Below, piece after piece: positions 1 to 13,670 of a DNA stretch of 64,000 nucleotides. The stretch covers positions 12,276,001 to 12,340,000 of the forward strand of contig NC_043015.1 in NCBI RefSeq assembly GCF_006345805.1. Reading direction: 5' to 3'. The notes beneath the pieces were generated by a model. The model saw only the letters and a list, made by a program, of their open reading frames with translations. It had not been told where the DNA came from and ran no database searches. The translations under genes were made by a program, and so were the position numbers. Within the stretch, counting starts at the first letter, position 1. Each line of letters begins with the position of its first letter. The DNA is from Octopus sinensis. Its lineage: Eukaryota.

Positions 1-1234
1 GACCCCAGTAATGAACTCATTTGCATACAAGCCAATCAGAGCAGAGCAGAGCCATCTTTATACTTTCTTGTCAGCACCTTGCATTCCTTACTCTTTCCCT
101 TTCTACTGGCAGACGACAACCTTTTTGTCAATATCGAAATTTTTTTTCGCTAACCCCATGAGTACTACTGTCTCTCTAACTACCTGTCGGGCAAAAAATA
201 AATATATGTAAATAATATTTCTTCCTTTTTGGTATTGATCCTTCGATGTTCACTAGTTACTCCGACGTTGCCACAATAATACACTTGCCCAAACTGAATT
301 GTTGGAGTAATTTCATTTTTTCTAGAAAATGTTTTTAAAAAGTTATAAAAGTTTAAAGTTTGATCATTTCCACCCAGACAAGAAACAGGATTTGGAAGCC
401 GTCATTTTGTGCGTGAGCATTTTTCAATCAAGCTCCTTAAGGTCATCAAATTAATTTACATTTTTATATTTTCCGTGAATTTTTCACGGGTCCAGCTAGT
501 TATATAAATAGATCTATAATTTACTATTAATAATATAATAGTACTCAGCAAATTTTTTTAGTACACACACATTTTCGTTTTTTTTTTGTTGATCTTTTTG
601 TTTGGTTACCAGCGTCAATTTTCTGTTCGAATTGATTTCATATTCCGTGTAATGATACACTTTTATAGGCCAATTAATAAAGTGAAAGTAGTTTTGGCTA
701 TAAATCAATAAATAGTTATTAGTAATTAAAGTTTGAAAATTTTGGAAATTTTACTCAATCGTAAGCCACAGACACATCATGCTTTTCTATTTTAAATTAA
801 CAAACATTTCACGTCTTGTTTACAAATATTGACAACATGTGCTATTTTGTCACACACAAAATGACAGCTTCCAAATCCTGCTTCTTGACTGAGTGAAAAT
901 GATCAAACTTTAACCTCTATAACTTTTTAAAAACATTTTTCTGGAAAAAATTAAATAACTCCAGCAATTCAGTTTGGGCAAGTGTATTAATGTGCCAATG
1001 TCGGAATAAGCAGTGAACATAGAAGGATCAACACCAAGAAGGAAGAAATATTTACATATATTTATTCGTTACAGTAGTACTTATAGAGATAGCGAAAAAA
1101 ATTTTCGATAGTGACTAAAAGGTTGCTGTCTGCAAGTGGAGAGGGAAAGAGTAAGGGATGCACGGTGCTGACTAGAAAGGATAAAGGTGGCTCTGTTCTG
1201 ATTGGTTGTATGTAAATGAGTTCATTACTGGGGT
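1..1234. mobile_element. Foldback / non-autonomous DNA element with very long terminal inverted repeats (left arm may extend beyond the window start)
   Basis: 1-420 is the reverse complement of about 840-1234 (e.g. gaccccagtaatgaactcattt vs aaatgagttcattactggggtc; cacttgcccaaactgaatt vs aattcagtttgggcaagtg), with scattered mismatches; no ORF. Confidence 0.7.
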
Positions 1235-2234
1235 CCGGAACTCTCGTGGAAAAACATTTTGCGCCTCGGGCAAGCTGAACTTCGGCGTGTACAAGCTGAC
1301 GGTCGTGGAAGTTTCCTTGTCTTTGTCACGCCCTCCTTGTGCCCATATCACCTTGATGGCCTTGGCCTCGGGGACTACCCGAGGGGCCGGTACCTGAAGC
1401 TGGCCTGGTTATTCTTAAAAAGCACAAGTATATATATTTTATCTTACAATTTATGGAGCCAGCTTCTCTTGTGAGCTCGAACCGGGGGGCATGTTCTCGA
1501 AAATCAAATTCGTTTTTCTCGAGACCGCACTGTCTCAGAGCTTTTCAGGGCTAATCTCATACACTCGCATTTATATAATAGATATATTCAAATATATATG
1601 TATGTATACACACAAATAAACTGAGACCCCCACACCATTACATATTCACACACACACAAAGGAAAATATTCTCTATAAATGCAATATCAAAACACAACTC
1701 AGCCAACAGAGTGTACATCAGAATCACCATCAAGAAATTTAAGACCACATTTAACTAGCACCATATATATTCTGGAATCCTAACGAGAGAAATGTCACAT
1801 TGTCCTTACACATTTGGCATCAAGTGATAACCACACACTACACGAGCTTCAGTGAATAATGTTACCAAAACCACTATAAGACCACAGTCGCTGCCAGTCC
1901 TGTAATTTATGTACAAATGAATGTTTTCACATCCTATTAGCCCTCAAACAACAAAAAACAAAAACTCATAATTACCTACAGACTTTCAAAATCTATTTCA
2001 ACTACTAATGTGTGCACCACCCAGAGAGTAAGATGCGTTTATCTCATGTACATATTTGTACAAACAACTTACCATGACACCACCCAAGACACCTATTATC
2101 CTTTACCTGTTTCAGTCATTAGGCTGCGGTCACGCTGGGGTATCACTTTGGAGGCTTTTTTCTTTCAATCGAACGAATCGACCCTAGTACATATATTTTT
2201 AAGCCTGAAAAATATGTTTTTCTATCAATTTCCT

Positions 2235-2460
2235 TCGCCAAACCGCTACATTACGGGGGCGTAAACAGACCAACATCGGTTGTCAAGCGATGGGAGGATG
2301 ACAAATACAAACACACGCAACGCGCTTGTTTCAGTTTCCATCTACCGAATCAACTCACAAGGCTTTGGTCGACCCGGGAGACACTCAAGATGCCACGCTG
2401 TGGAATAGAACCCGGAACAACGCGGGGTAGTAAAGAAACATCTTGCGATACAGAAAAAAG
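2235..2460 (-). mobile_element. Degenerate tRNA/CORE-type SINE (family 2)
   Basis: Matches the family at 53060-53470 (acaaggctttggtcgacccggg, ccacgctgtggaatagaacccggaac). Confidence 0.6.
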
Positions 2461-5400
2461 ATCACAGCTCTTGCTACATGCACATATACAAAACCAAACA
2501 CAAATCCAATCGCCCATACAATCAATCACTGCGATCATACCGAAAAAGCCCACACAAACAGTCAACAACAACACACCAGTACACAGGTACTAACATGAAC
2601 ATACGAGTGTTGTATATGCGTGTGTCTGTATACTGCATGTTTATCATAATCGAAGACTATATCACACTTATGAGTGAACACACACACACTATAAACAGGT
2701 TTATAATCAAAAGCGAAATAATATAAGACGTTAGTAGTAGAGCCGTAATTCTGGAGTCGAAAACGAGTAACGTATTTGGCGTTGACTGTAAGACTTAATA
2801 TATCGTTTATTTCATTCAATCACTTTCATCAATTCTTGTTGGTAGTAGTAGTAGGAGAAAGATCGATTAAAATAACTACCAGAAATAAACGATATCTTAA
2901 CATCAAATATATTTCTTGAGGTTTAATGTTCTACGTATCTGTTGTGCTGAATCTATAAAATTAGCACCACATGCCGTAAATGGAAAAGAGTCTTGAACGT
3001 CGTAATTATTTCTGGTGTCTGTTTAATAGGTAGGATCTCCACTCGTGCCAACCTCCTGTCAATAACGTTAATAGCTCGAACTAATGAAAGAATCGTCTCT
3101 CCATGGTTGCCCGTTCATGCTATGAAAAATTGCAATCGAATCTCCTCTGAATCACACACTACCGTTTAAAAAAAATATATGACCATTTCACTTTGGTAAT
3201 TTTAATGATCTCCTCCAACAAGGCACGAACGCCACATAATATAATTTCTCCTCTCCTATTAACACAAAGGCTTGGCTATAAAGGAAACAATCAATTATGT
3301 AATGAGGGTAGTCAAGAGGTGAAGGTTCGATTTTCAAATACAAGAGCTACACATCAACATCCAACAAAGCTGATGCACGCTAACAGTCCAAGTGAGCGGC
3401 TCCATTCAGTTTCACATTTATTTGAATGCGGGTGGGGAAACACTTTCGCTGACGAAGTTGACTCTAAATCCATATGAATAAATAAATGAATAAACCTCGA
3501 AACCGGAGGACTGACGTTGTAATGCAAACATATGAATTTGTAAACTTAAAGATTCGTTATCTTTCTTAGCAGGATGCACCTTCTGCGGGTTCTTCTGCAC
3601 TTGCGGTCTGTCTCCGGTATTAAAAATCCTGTCAAAGCAACCATCCAAAGCTGCTAGCAACAGCAGTCAAAATTTCTCTCCTACAGTCTTAAAAGAGAAA
3701 GTGTACATTTGATGTGACCCTGAATGCACACTGTTTGGGTGGATGGGGGTGGATGCGAAACAAGAAAATGAAATAAAAGCCTTATATTTACTTCTTCGCA
3801 GCTGAACGATAATACCTGTTGATAAGGCATACATAAAGGCCACGAAGATTTGAGTTCGAATCTCTGGTTGTACCTATTTTACTGTTCTTAACGTTTCCAA
3901 ATGCTCCGGAGACATAGCCGAACGTCACATTAGCCCTCCTCAGAGAAGTTGATAAACTGTGATAATGTTAGAAACATATTATTCAGTAGATTAATAGATT
4001 GAGGTATATCACATTTTATGTTCAGAGTTCAAATTCCACCGATGTTGATAAAATATACTTCTAGCCAAGTACTTGCAAGAACTCTAGGACTTGAAGAGTT
4101 GAGTCCACAATACTTTCCTTCAAAATCCATGGCCATGGACCACAGTTAAGGATAAAATACAATGCGGTACTACAATCGCCTCTTTACATTCTGCGCTCGA
4201 ATCCCACCGAAGTCAACTTTTCCCTTCCTCCTCCGAAAATGACAAAACAGAATATCAATCACGTACTAAGTCGATTTAACTGGCCAATACAAAAAATTAT
4301 TTTTGTGAATTGGCAATATCATTGGAGCGTCGGACAAAATGGCTTCTAATATTTGCTCCGACTCTACGTTTTGAGTTCAAATCTTCCTACGTTAACTTCA
4401 ACTTTCATCCTTCTGCGATTGATAAAATAAAGTACCAGCCAAACAATTAAGGTTGATGTGATTAATTAAGCACTCCCACCCAGCACCCAAATATGTGACT
4501 TTGTGTCCATGTTGAAATGATATAGATATTGTTATTTATAACGATAGTAGGTTACAAAAAGAAAAATAAATGTGTGTATATATATATACATACACACACA
4601 CACACACAAACAATAGGAGTGAAGCATGACTGAGCAAAAAATATTGAGGCACAATCTAGTCACGAGTTAAGGCAAAGAGAAAGAATAAGCATTATGTAAA
4701 TGGTCGTAAATCCACGGCCATACAAATGCGCTAACACTTTAAATAAACCCTATGGTCTCGGTAATTATATATATGTACATACATGCACCCCGCGCACATA
4801 CATAGAGAGAGGGGGAATACAGGCATTTAAATGAAAGGTCTAAGTAGTTATGTGTAGAGAGAGTGAGAGAGAAAATGTGAGAAATATTGGATAAAAAAAA
4901 GAATACATCTGAAGACTGACTGACTCTGTTTCTCTCTCACACACATACAATTCCAGTTCGCTTGTGATTGAATTAATGAAAGAGATTGACTATTATTTCT
5001 AGCAGGTGGTGACGGTGCAAAAGTGAGGTAGAGGAAGAAAGAACAACTATAACGACAGTAGTAAACAGGTGGTAGTCGGATTAACGATTTTAAATTACAT
5101 AGGCACGAGTGGAGCTAAGATTTACAATGGAGTGAATGGATGAAAGAAAAATGAGATTATATGTGATGTCCAGGTCTTTCTTTTTTTTTTTTAAATGAAA
5201 TTTAATATTAACGTAAATGAAATCAAATAGTAATTAGCTGGAAAACGAAACGAATAAAACAGTAATATATTATTTTATTAGTTTTGGATAATTTTAAAAA
5301 TTTCAATTTGGAGAACCATCTAAATTTTATTTTAAGAGAGTGAGGGGATGATTAAGTATTTGTAACATTCATAGAGCCCCTCTCTAACCCTAACCCTTCC

Positions 5401-6502
5401 CTCCACTTAAATGAGGTGTTGAAGTTCTGAGTGGAGTAATGCGGTTCTGACTGGAAATCGAAAGCAGGTCACACAAAGACAGATAGATAGATAGACACAC
5501 ACGGATGTACAAACACAAATACGCTATATACTCTATTAGGCAATATAATGGGTATATATGGTTACGGTTTTCTTCACACAATATATAAAATATTTTACTA
5601 ATACACAATATATAGAACGGGACCTATTTTATTTACAGTAATTCAAAATTATACAAGCCCAGTGTGTATGGGTGGGTAGATAGATAGATAGATAGATAGA
5701 TCGGTCGAATAGTGTATTCTTGGATATAAAGAATAACTAGGGATATAATACTCCTCTACTATATAAAAGTATAACCGCTCAAAATTTTTTTTAGATTGTG
5801 CTTTTTTTCTGACTTATGGAAAACTGCCCGATGTATATATATATATATATATATATATAGAGATATGTATATATACACACATCCAAAACGGAACAATCAA
5901 ACAGTAGTCTTCATATTACCCATGACATTTAAAAATTACACACTGCTTTAGTTAATGAGAGCAGTTACATAGGATCTAAATTTTTGTTCTTGGTTAAATG
6001 TCCCATAGTTAATCGACGACAGAGATTCAATATCTACAGTTAAGGCATATATTTAGGGCAGATTTTATGTAACTTCGTAGTTTGAACAAGGAAATTAGCA
6101 TTTTTTTAAAAGCTAGTCTCTTCAGCAAATTACTTACCAAAACATAAACTTGAGGGTGGGACCAGCGAATTTACTCAGTTTCAATGACTTGATATCTTTC
6201 TGTGAAGTTGGTTCCGACTGAGTGGATGTTAAATCTCTCCATGTGAGTACACAAAGCCCTATGAACAGAACCGCTAAAGACATTCGGCCGAAAGAAGCCA
6301 TTGCTTTTAGCTAAATAGCATCTGAATCAAAGGGGAAATAATTCTCGTTTACAAAAACACAAAAGAGTTACACTTGTTCCTCCTGCTTACGTGTTATTGT
6401 TTATTTATTTATTTATTTATGCAAAGTTTATTCATAAAACGAAAGCTTGGAGCGAGAATCGAGCTCGTTAGTTTCATCGTTGCCCTCACAACTCATCGGG
6501 TT

Positions 6503-6900
6503 TGAGCTGGCAAGATCGTTAGCACGCCGGGCGAAATGTTTAGCGGTATTTGGTCTGCCGCTACGTTCTGGGTTCAAATTCTGCCGAGGTCGACTTTGCC
6601 TTTCATCCTTTCGGGGTCGATAAATTAAGTACCAGTTACGTATTGAGGTCGATGTAATCGACTTAATACCTATGTCTGTCCTTGTTTGTCCCCTCTACGT
6701 TTAGCCCCTTGTGGGTAATAAAGAAATAGGTATTTCGTCTGCCGTTACGTTCTGAGTTCGAATACCGCCGAGGTCGACTTTGCCTTTCATCCTTTCGGGG
6801 TCGATTAAATGAGTACCAGTTACACACTGGGGTCGATGTAATCGACTTAATCTGTTTGTCCCCTCTGTGTTTAGCCCCTTGTGGGTAGTAAAGAAATAGA
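6503..6900 (+). mobile_element. SINE family 1 (MetaSINE-like central domain), about 1.5 tandem copies
   Basis: gccgaggtcgactttgcctttcatcctttcggggtcgat core occurs twice here and recurs at 19880-20065, 32195-32405, 35420-35640, 47515-47750 and 59560-59790; family name from recollection. Confidence 0.8.
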
Positions 6901-7200
6901 TTACTTCTTTTTTTTCTTAACCACCGAGTGTCATTAGCGGACAGCTAGTTATTAAAATGTAAAAAAGATTGAGTAGACCTTATGGCCGAAGGCATTCCAC
7001 CCGTGACTCTCCTTCTCGTATTTTGTCAATTTCATTTTTTATTTATTCAGCAATAGAGGACTCATGCCTGCTTTATCTGTGTCCTTCGTCTAAAAAACGT
7101 ACCGTTGTTTGAGGAAAGTTTAGCTGCTATTTCCTGCAGGTCGAGGGACTACAAATGCAACAAGAGCATCGAGACTCATAAGTGGATCACTGATGACCTA

Positions 7201-7688
7201 CGGGTGGAATTCTGGTTTAAGCACCTCATAACATATTTTCTTTTTCGGAATTTTCAGAATTTTTTTTGCGAATTCATACGATTAAAAAAAAAAAAAGAAA
7301 ATGATTATTTTTGTGTGTATGATTTAAGGGCGATATAGCTGTTATTTATAGCACAACTCACGACCACCTGGTACCTTCTTCGTTTCATTGTCACTCTGAC
7401 ATGTATTGATGTTTTTTTTTTCCAATATTTTTCTCCCCATAAACACATTTAATAGAATGATGATGCACCCATGGGTGGTCGATTGCTGGGATTTAATCTA
7501 AAAATTTGCAATGTCTGTATTTTAAACTCTGATTTGGAAAAAACAAATCGAAAAAGAGTTGAACTTATAGGATTTATGAAAGGATGGAGTTTACATTTCA
7601 GAAAATTTTTGCGAATTTTCTGAAAATTTTTTTTTAAATAATTAAGTTATGAAGGGTTGTATGAGGTGCTTAAACTAGAATTCCCTTG
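7201..7688. mobile_element. Tc1/mariner-type MITE
   Basis: TIRs cgggtggaattctggtttaagcacctcata / tatgaggtgcttaaactagaattcccttg, flanked by TA on both sides (7199-7200, 7689-7690). Confidence 0.7.
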
Positions 7689-7929
7689 TACTAAGACCTT
7701 TTATAAAAGTTTTTTCAGATTTAATATATCTGTGGCTTATAGACGGCCTTTTGTGTCACGTTTTGTTTCGTTTTTACTAATCTTCAGTGATAGAAAGGGT
7801 GCATATTTTTGTATGTAAGTTGTGATATGATATGATGTATACATATGACATGGGTAAATATCAAAACAATCAAAATGTGAATCAATAGAGAAGGAAGTTG
7901 CTGATCTCTGACGTACAGGCTCCAACTGT

Positions 7930-8215
7930 CATTTCAATCAAGTACTGACTGCTTTTGATCTTCTGTGAGCAAGAAAGGCACAAATTTTGCTGCAACTCTT
8001 TTCATGTGCAACTCCTCATTCAAAATTCGTTGGCAGGAGCTCCAGGACATACCAGTCATATCAACAAGTTCATCAATTGTTTGGCAACAGTCCTCCAAGA
8101 TCAAGTCATGAATTTTCATGATGTTTTCATTTGTTTGGGAGGTTGACAGCCGCCCTGAACAAGGTTGGTCTTCAAGCGACAAGTGACCATTCCTAAAGTG
8201 TGAATAATTCATGCA
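7930..8215 (-). mobile_element. mariner transposase N-terminal HTH fragment
   Basis: ORF 7934-8224: SLEDQPCSGRLSTS...TIDELVDMTGMSWSSCQRILNEELHMKRVAAKFVP, typical of mariner HTH2 and the linker (WVP-like motif). Confidence 0.8.
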
Positions 8216-8384
8216 CACACACACATATGTATGAATAATATATTCAGTAGAACCTCAGTTTTTTAACAACTCTGATCATGAATAAATCGTGCTTTATCTC
8301 CTGTCTTTCTCATATTCATTTAATACAGTAGTACCTCGGTTTACGAACACTTCGGATTGCGAATAAATTACGCTTTGTATATAT

Positions 8385-8660
8385 CATCATCATCATCATC
8401 GTTTAACGTCTGCTTTCCCTGCTAGCATGGGTTGGACAATTTGACTGAGGGCTGGTGAACCAAATGGCTGCACCAGGCTTCAATCTTGATCTGGCAAAGT
8501 TTCTACAGCTGGATGCCCTTCCTGGCAATGACCTCGCTCGAATCTTTTTACATATGCCACCAGCACAGGTGCCAGTAAGGCGATGCTGTTAACGATCACG
8601 CTCAAATGGTGCCCTTTACATGCCACCGGCACGGAAGCCAGTTAGCCAAAGCACAATTTA
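8385..8660 (-). mobile_element. RTE LINE 3'UTR fragment with (CAT)n tail
   Basis: Reverse copy of the ggaagggcatccag...ccaacccatgctagcatggaaa...aacgatgatg terminus seen at 9460-9605. Confidence 0.6.
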
Positions 8661-8726
8661 TATATGATCAGAGGCATTTGTAAACCGAGGTACCACTGTA
8701 CATAATATATATATATATATATATAT

Positions 8727-9605
8727 AAGCTGGACCTAAGAAGCATCAGTTGTGGTGTGCAAGAGAGACGTTTGCGCTGGTATGGTCATGTGGCGAGAAT
8801 GGATGAAGATAGTTGAGTGAAAAAGTGCCACACCCTAGCGGTTGAGGGAACCTGTGGAAGAGGCAGACCCAGGAAAACCTGGGACGAGGTGGTGAAGCAC
8901 GACCTTCGAACTTTAGGTCTCACTGAGGAAATGACTAGAGACCGAGACCTCTGGAAGTGTGCTGTGCGCGAGAAGACCCGGCAGGACAAGTGAGTCCACA
9001 ACCCGTGGCCTTCTACATGGGATGGAGCCAGCCTACGTATGCATACCTTCCCTTCTTGGGACACAAAACTCTACTTGTGAAGATGTGTTGAGGCAAGTGA
9101 GGATCAGAATCGAAATCGATCAATGGAAATTGCGGATGTGCTACCAGTGCCGGTGGCATGTCGAAACTCTGCTTGTGAAGACCCATTGAGGCAAGTGAGG
9201 ATCAGAATCGAAATCGATCAATGGAAATCGATCAATGGAAATTGCAGATGTGTTACCAGTGCCGGTGGCATGTAAGAGAACTTTCCGTTTCGCGACCGTT
9301 GCCAGCACCGCCCCGTTTCGTGTCCGTTGCCAGCCTCGCCTGGCCCTCGTGCCGGTGGCACATAAAAAGCACCATCCGTTCGTGGCCGTTTGCCAGCTCT
9401 GTCTGGCACCAGTGCGGGTGGCACATAAAAAGCACCCACTACACTCACGGAGTGGTTGGCGTTAGGAAGGGCATCCAGCCGTAGAAACACTGCCAGATTT
9501 GACTGGGCCTGATGAAGCCTTCTGGCTTCACAGACCCCAGTAGAACCGTCCAACCCATGCTAGCATGGAAAACGGACGCTAAATGATGATGATGATGATG
9601 ATATG
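8727..9605 (+). mobile_element. 5'-truncated RTE-clade LINE (RT C-terminus, long 3'UTR with tandem subrepeats, (GAT)n tail)
   Basis: Translates as LRWYGHVARMDED..VKKCHTLAVEGTCGRGRPRKTWDEVVKHDLRTLGL, runs into gccggtggca...aaaaagcacc subrepeats and ends in gatgatgat. Confidence 0.85.
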
Positions 9606-9681
9606 ACTGATATATACATATATATATATTTATATATATATTATATATATTATATATATATATATATATGATATATATACA

Positions 9682-9726
<45 letters not shown>

Positions 9727-9729
9727 TTT

Positions 9730-10140
9730 ATCTCTTACTTGTTTCAATCATTTGACCATGGCCATGCTGGAGCACTACCTTGAAGGGTTTTAGTGAAACA
9801 AATCAACCCTAGTACTTATATTTTTGAAGCCTAGTACTTATTTAATCAGTCTCTTTTGCTGAATTGCTAAGTTACAGGGACATAAACACACCAACACCAG
9901 TCATCAAGTGGTTATGGAGGTGGGGACAAACATAGACACAAAGGCACACATAAATACACACACACACATACATCACATATATATACTACAGGCTTCTTTC
10001 AGTTTCCTTGTACCAAATCCACTTACAAGGCTTTGGTTGGCCCGAGGCTATAGTAGAAGACACTTGCCCAAGGTGCCAGCAAGTGGGACTGAACCCAGAA
10101 CCATGTCGTTGGGAAGCAAGCCACTTGCCACACACATACG
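9730..10140 (-). mobile_element. tRNA/CORE-type SINE (family 2)
   Basis: gtagaagacacttgcccaaggtgcc CORE-like block, gggactgaaccc B-box region and the family 3' tail. Confidence 0.75.
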
Positions 10141-10544
10141 TGTATGTGTGTATATATCAATTCATATATATATATCATGTGTGTACAGATAGATGTATGA
10201 TTATTACTGTATAAATTATAGCTTCAGGTAGATTATCATTATCCAGGCAGCTTCCAGTATAGTGGTTAATTGACCACTGTACTCAAATTACATAAAGGCT
10301 TTAGTGTTTATCCAAAAATTCATTACAAGAATCAAAGGTTCATCACAGGAGTTTTCACCGAACCAATTTCACTTATCTTGAGATGCTTTTATCTACAACC
10401 AACTGGCATTTGATTAGGTTTTGTTAATAATCAACACTTGTGGCTAGTAACAAGCCATGATTCATGGTATCCTTTTCTCTACTAGTAGCCTTGCGGGTTC
10501 TACAAACAGTTATAGGTGCTCCTATTTTCATTTAAACTAAACCA

Positions 10545-10960
10545 GTGTTTTCCAAATCAAAATCAAGCTGTTTATTGCAATTGTCAAATCAGTGCTTATT
10601 ATATGGAAGTGAAACATGGACATTGACGAAGAAATTATCAAACGGGCAAGATGACTGCTCTGCAAGGATGCTATGAATGGCCCCTAAATGTGAAATGGTG
10701 GCAACATATGACAAACGAATGCCTTTATGGGAACCTGCCGAAAGTTTACGAGAAGATCAGGCAAAGATGGTTGCGATTATCTGATCACTGCGTGCGCCAC
10801 TCTGTTCTAGAAGCATCCAGATTGGTCTTGTGGAACCCACTTCATCATGATGTGATAAAAAAATGAAAACATCATCACACTTATATCAACAACTTGATTG
10901 CAGACAGGGCCTCAAGGCAGTGAAGTTGGACCAAGAAGTGTGGCGGGTGGACTTTGTTGC
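10545..10960 (+). mobile_element. RTE/RTEX-like LINE C-terminal remnant
   Basis: SETWTL...RMALNVKWWQH...NLPKV.EKIRQRWLRLSDHCVRH..LEASRLVLWNP, with stops and frameshifts. Confidence 0.6.
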
Positions 10961-11049
10961 TGTGGCCGGGGTTGGAAAACTTGGCCATAAGAAGAAGCGG
11001 TTTCCAACATTTCTTTGACCTCAACACTCTATATCTCTATCCTTAAGGT

Positions 11050-11273
11050 ATGCAACAGCTTTACTCTTTCACTTGTTTCAGTCATTTGACTGCGACCATG
11101 CTGGAGCACCGCCTTTAATCGAGCAACTCGACCCCGGGACTTATTCTTTGTAAGCCCAGTACTTATTCTATCGGTCTCTTTTGCCGAACCGCTAAGTGAC
11201 AGGGACATAAACACACCAGCATCAGTTGTCAAGCAATGCTAGGGGGACAAACACAGACACACAAACATACACA

Positions 11274-11318
<45 letters not shown>

Positions 11319-11420
11319 GACGGGCTTCTTTCAGTTTCCGTCTACCTACCAAAGTCACACTTGCCCGCAGTAGGACTGAACCCGGAACCATGTGGTTGGT
11401 AAGCAAGCTACTTACCACAC
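11050..11420 (-). mobile_element. tRNA/CORE-type SINE (family 2), young, internally deleted
   Basis: Near-identical to 53060-53470 and 63570-63960; CpGs retained. Confidence 0.8.
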
Positions 11421-12761
11421 AGCCACTCCTGCGCCTATCGAAATTTTTTTATCGATTGTTTTTGTTTAAATGTAAAATATCACAGCACCCCTAACTACTG
11501 TTAATTATACCCTAGGCAGTAGTTCTCAAACTTATTCTGGTGTGGAACCATTATGCAATTTTCCAAAAATGTCAGAACCCATTCCTATATTTTACAGACA
11601 AACCTTTACCACTCTAAGAGACCTATAGAATCAGTATAAGGCTTTAAAAATAATAAGTACCGAGGTCGATACATTCGACTAAAAATTCTTCAAGGTGGTG
11701 TCCCAGCATGACCGCAGTCTAATGACTGAAACAAGTAAAAATAAATAAATAAAACACACACATACACGCATGCATGCATCCATGCATACATACATACATA
11801 CATACATACATACTGATCCGTTGTCTATAGGTTAGATAAAAACACTCTATTTTGAGCAGTTATATTTTATGTAGTCAGGTAATATATCCTTGCTTATGGC
11901 ATATTACCGGTCACAACGTTACCATTGGTTTCACGTCTACTATTGCACTTAGCAGTGTAGTCGAGTCGTTGGACCAGCTGGCCGAAAGCACATAGCCTCT
12001 TTATCAAAGGAGTCTTGGCCAGTTTAATAGTGAGGAAAAAAAAAGGGTAAGATAAAAAAATTTCAGTAAGGGAAAAGAAAGGGTACTTTCCCTGGAACGA
12101 TTCATGCGGTGTCAGAAATGGATTCAACTGTGTACCTTTTCTTTTCCCCGTTCTCTGGTCCGCAAATGAGTAAGACCACGTTTCTAAAACAAAATTCCTC
12201 TTGTGAGGGCAAAATGCTTCGCAGCATTTCACCAACTAGTGTGAGACCACTCTTGGTTCTCTGATACAAAGTTCCTGTCTTAAATTAACATCTTATCAAA
12301 ATTCCATGTTAATTAATGCCTTAGACACCAATTTAATAATTACAAAAGTATGATACTTAATTCTTCGTGAGCTTCCAAATTAATTGAAATAAAGGCAGTG
12401 TAATTCAACAAAATACGATCAGTTGTTCTGCTTGAATTACTTCCCCTATTCCTTTAGCTTGTTAGCTACATTAAAAGCATGGAAAACGATACTGTCTACA
12501 ATTAACTTCGACAAATTACATAAAGGTTTTAGTGTTAATCCAAAAATTCATTACAAGAATCAAAGGATCTTTCATTTCCAATGGTAATAGAATCAAATGA
12601 AGCTTTGCAAAATAAAGAATTTTCAATGCGGACATTTTGCTTTTATTAATAATCTTATTCACCACCACCGCCAACTTTACTGAAAATGAAAAAAAAAGAG
12701 TCAAGATAAAAAAGGAAATATTGCAGCTCTTGCGACTTTTGATGGACTTTACATAATTTTG

Positions 12762-13171
12762 GGATCTTTTCGGTTTGAACGGCAGTTTTTTCTAGCGGTG
12801 TCATATGAAATTGTCACCCATAATTATGACCCTAGTATCGATCTATTGCATTTCGATCTATTTTAGGGTTAGGGGTGGGGGGAAGGGTATATTTTTTTCT
12901 TCACAAATGTAAATAAACCCAATCTGTTTCTTAAACGAGGGACATATTCATACGGCACAGAATGTTGCTTACCTCAATGGACGTCAGTGATTGGTTGAAA
13001 TTGCAGAAATTGAAGAAAAAAGCAACAAATATCTTACAAACTATAGAATTTTCTCAATAAAACCAAGAGAAAAAGATGTTTTATAAACACATTCTACCAG
13101 TATACGAAGTTTAAAATTTTTTAGTTACCTAGAAATTATGTTAAAAACTGCCGTTCAAACTGAAAAGATCC
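12762..13171. mobile_element. 410-bp non-autonomous DNA transposon with 8-bp TSD (Merlin-like)
   Basis: TIRs ggatcttttcggtttgaacggcagttttt / aaaaactgccgttcaaactgaaaagatcc; exact TSD taattttg at 12754-12761 and 13172-13179; GG...CC termini. Confidence 0.85.
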
Positions 13172-13670
13172 TAATTTTGTGCCTGAAGAATGGAACCAGT
13201 TTAAAATCTGGGACTCTTGTTAAATACAAATTCTGATGCATATGGCAATAATAACATATTGCCCGTTTATAGATGCATAACCACACTTACTTATATGGGA
13301 AAAATAATCAAAATATGTGGATTTGGCTTCAGGCTGGGAATCAAACCATGATTAAAGACAAGTTTCTCATAGCTTTATAATTTTATTTTATTTTTCTGCA
13401 ATGAATGGTCTTTGGTTACAGATGCAATTCAAATGATGTATGAGATATTTGATGTTTGTTATATATTCTGTGCAAATTTCACATATATACTAAATAATCT
13501 ATGACATATCTGTATACATAGCTTTAACAAAAGAAGAGCTCTGTAGATCATTGTGACTAGTTCTCATAAACTGCAAAATAACCTATGAAAATATATGTTG
13601 GTGACAGAGGCAGTGTCAATACTAAGGGCTAATATTTATCCTCACTTAAACGTATATTTTCTGTTAGAAC

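Noticed and set aside
235-249. 15-nt match to 28S rRNA (ttgatccttcgatgt)
   Set aside because: Too short, and the opposite TIR arm differs at this site; probably chance
3885-3955. Minus-strand CTGAGGA...GAAACGTT hammerhead-like motif
   Set aside because: Stem I is out of register and stem II does not pair; at best a decayed relic
9240-9430. Regularly spaced short repeats resembling a CRISPR array
   Set aside because: Degenerate tandem units in a LINE 3'UTR, eukaryotic context, no unique spacers and no cas genes
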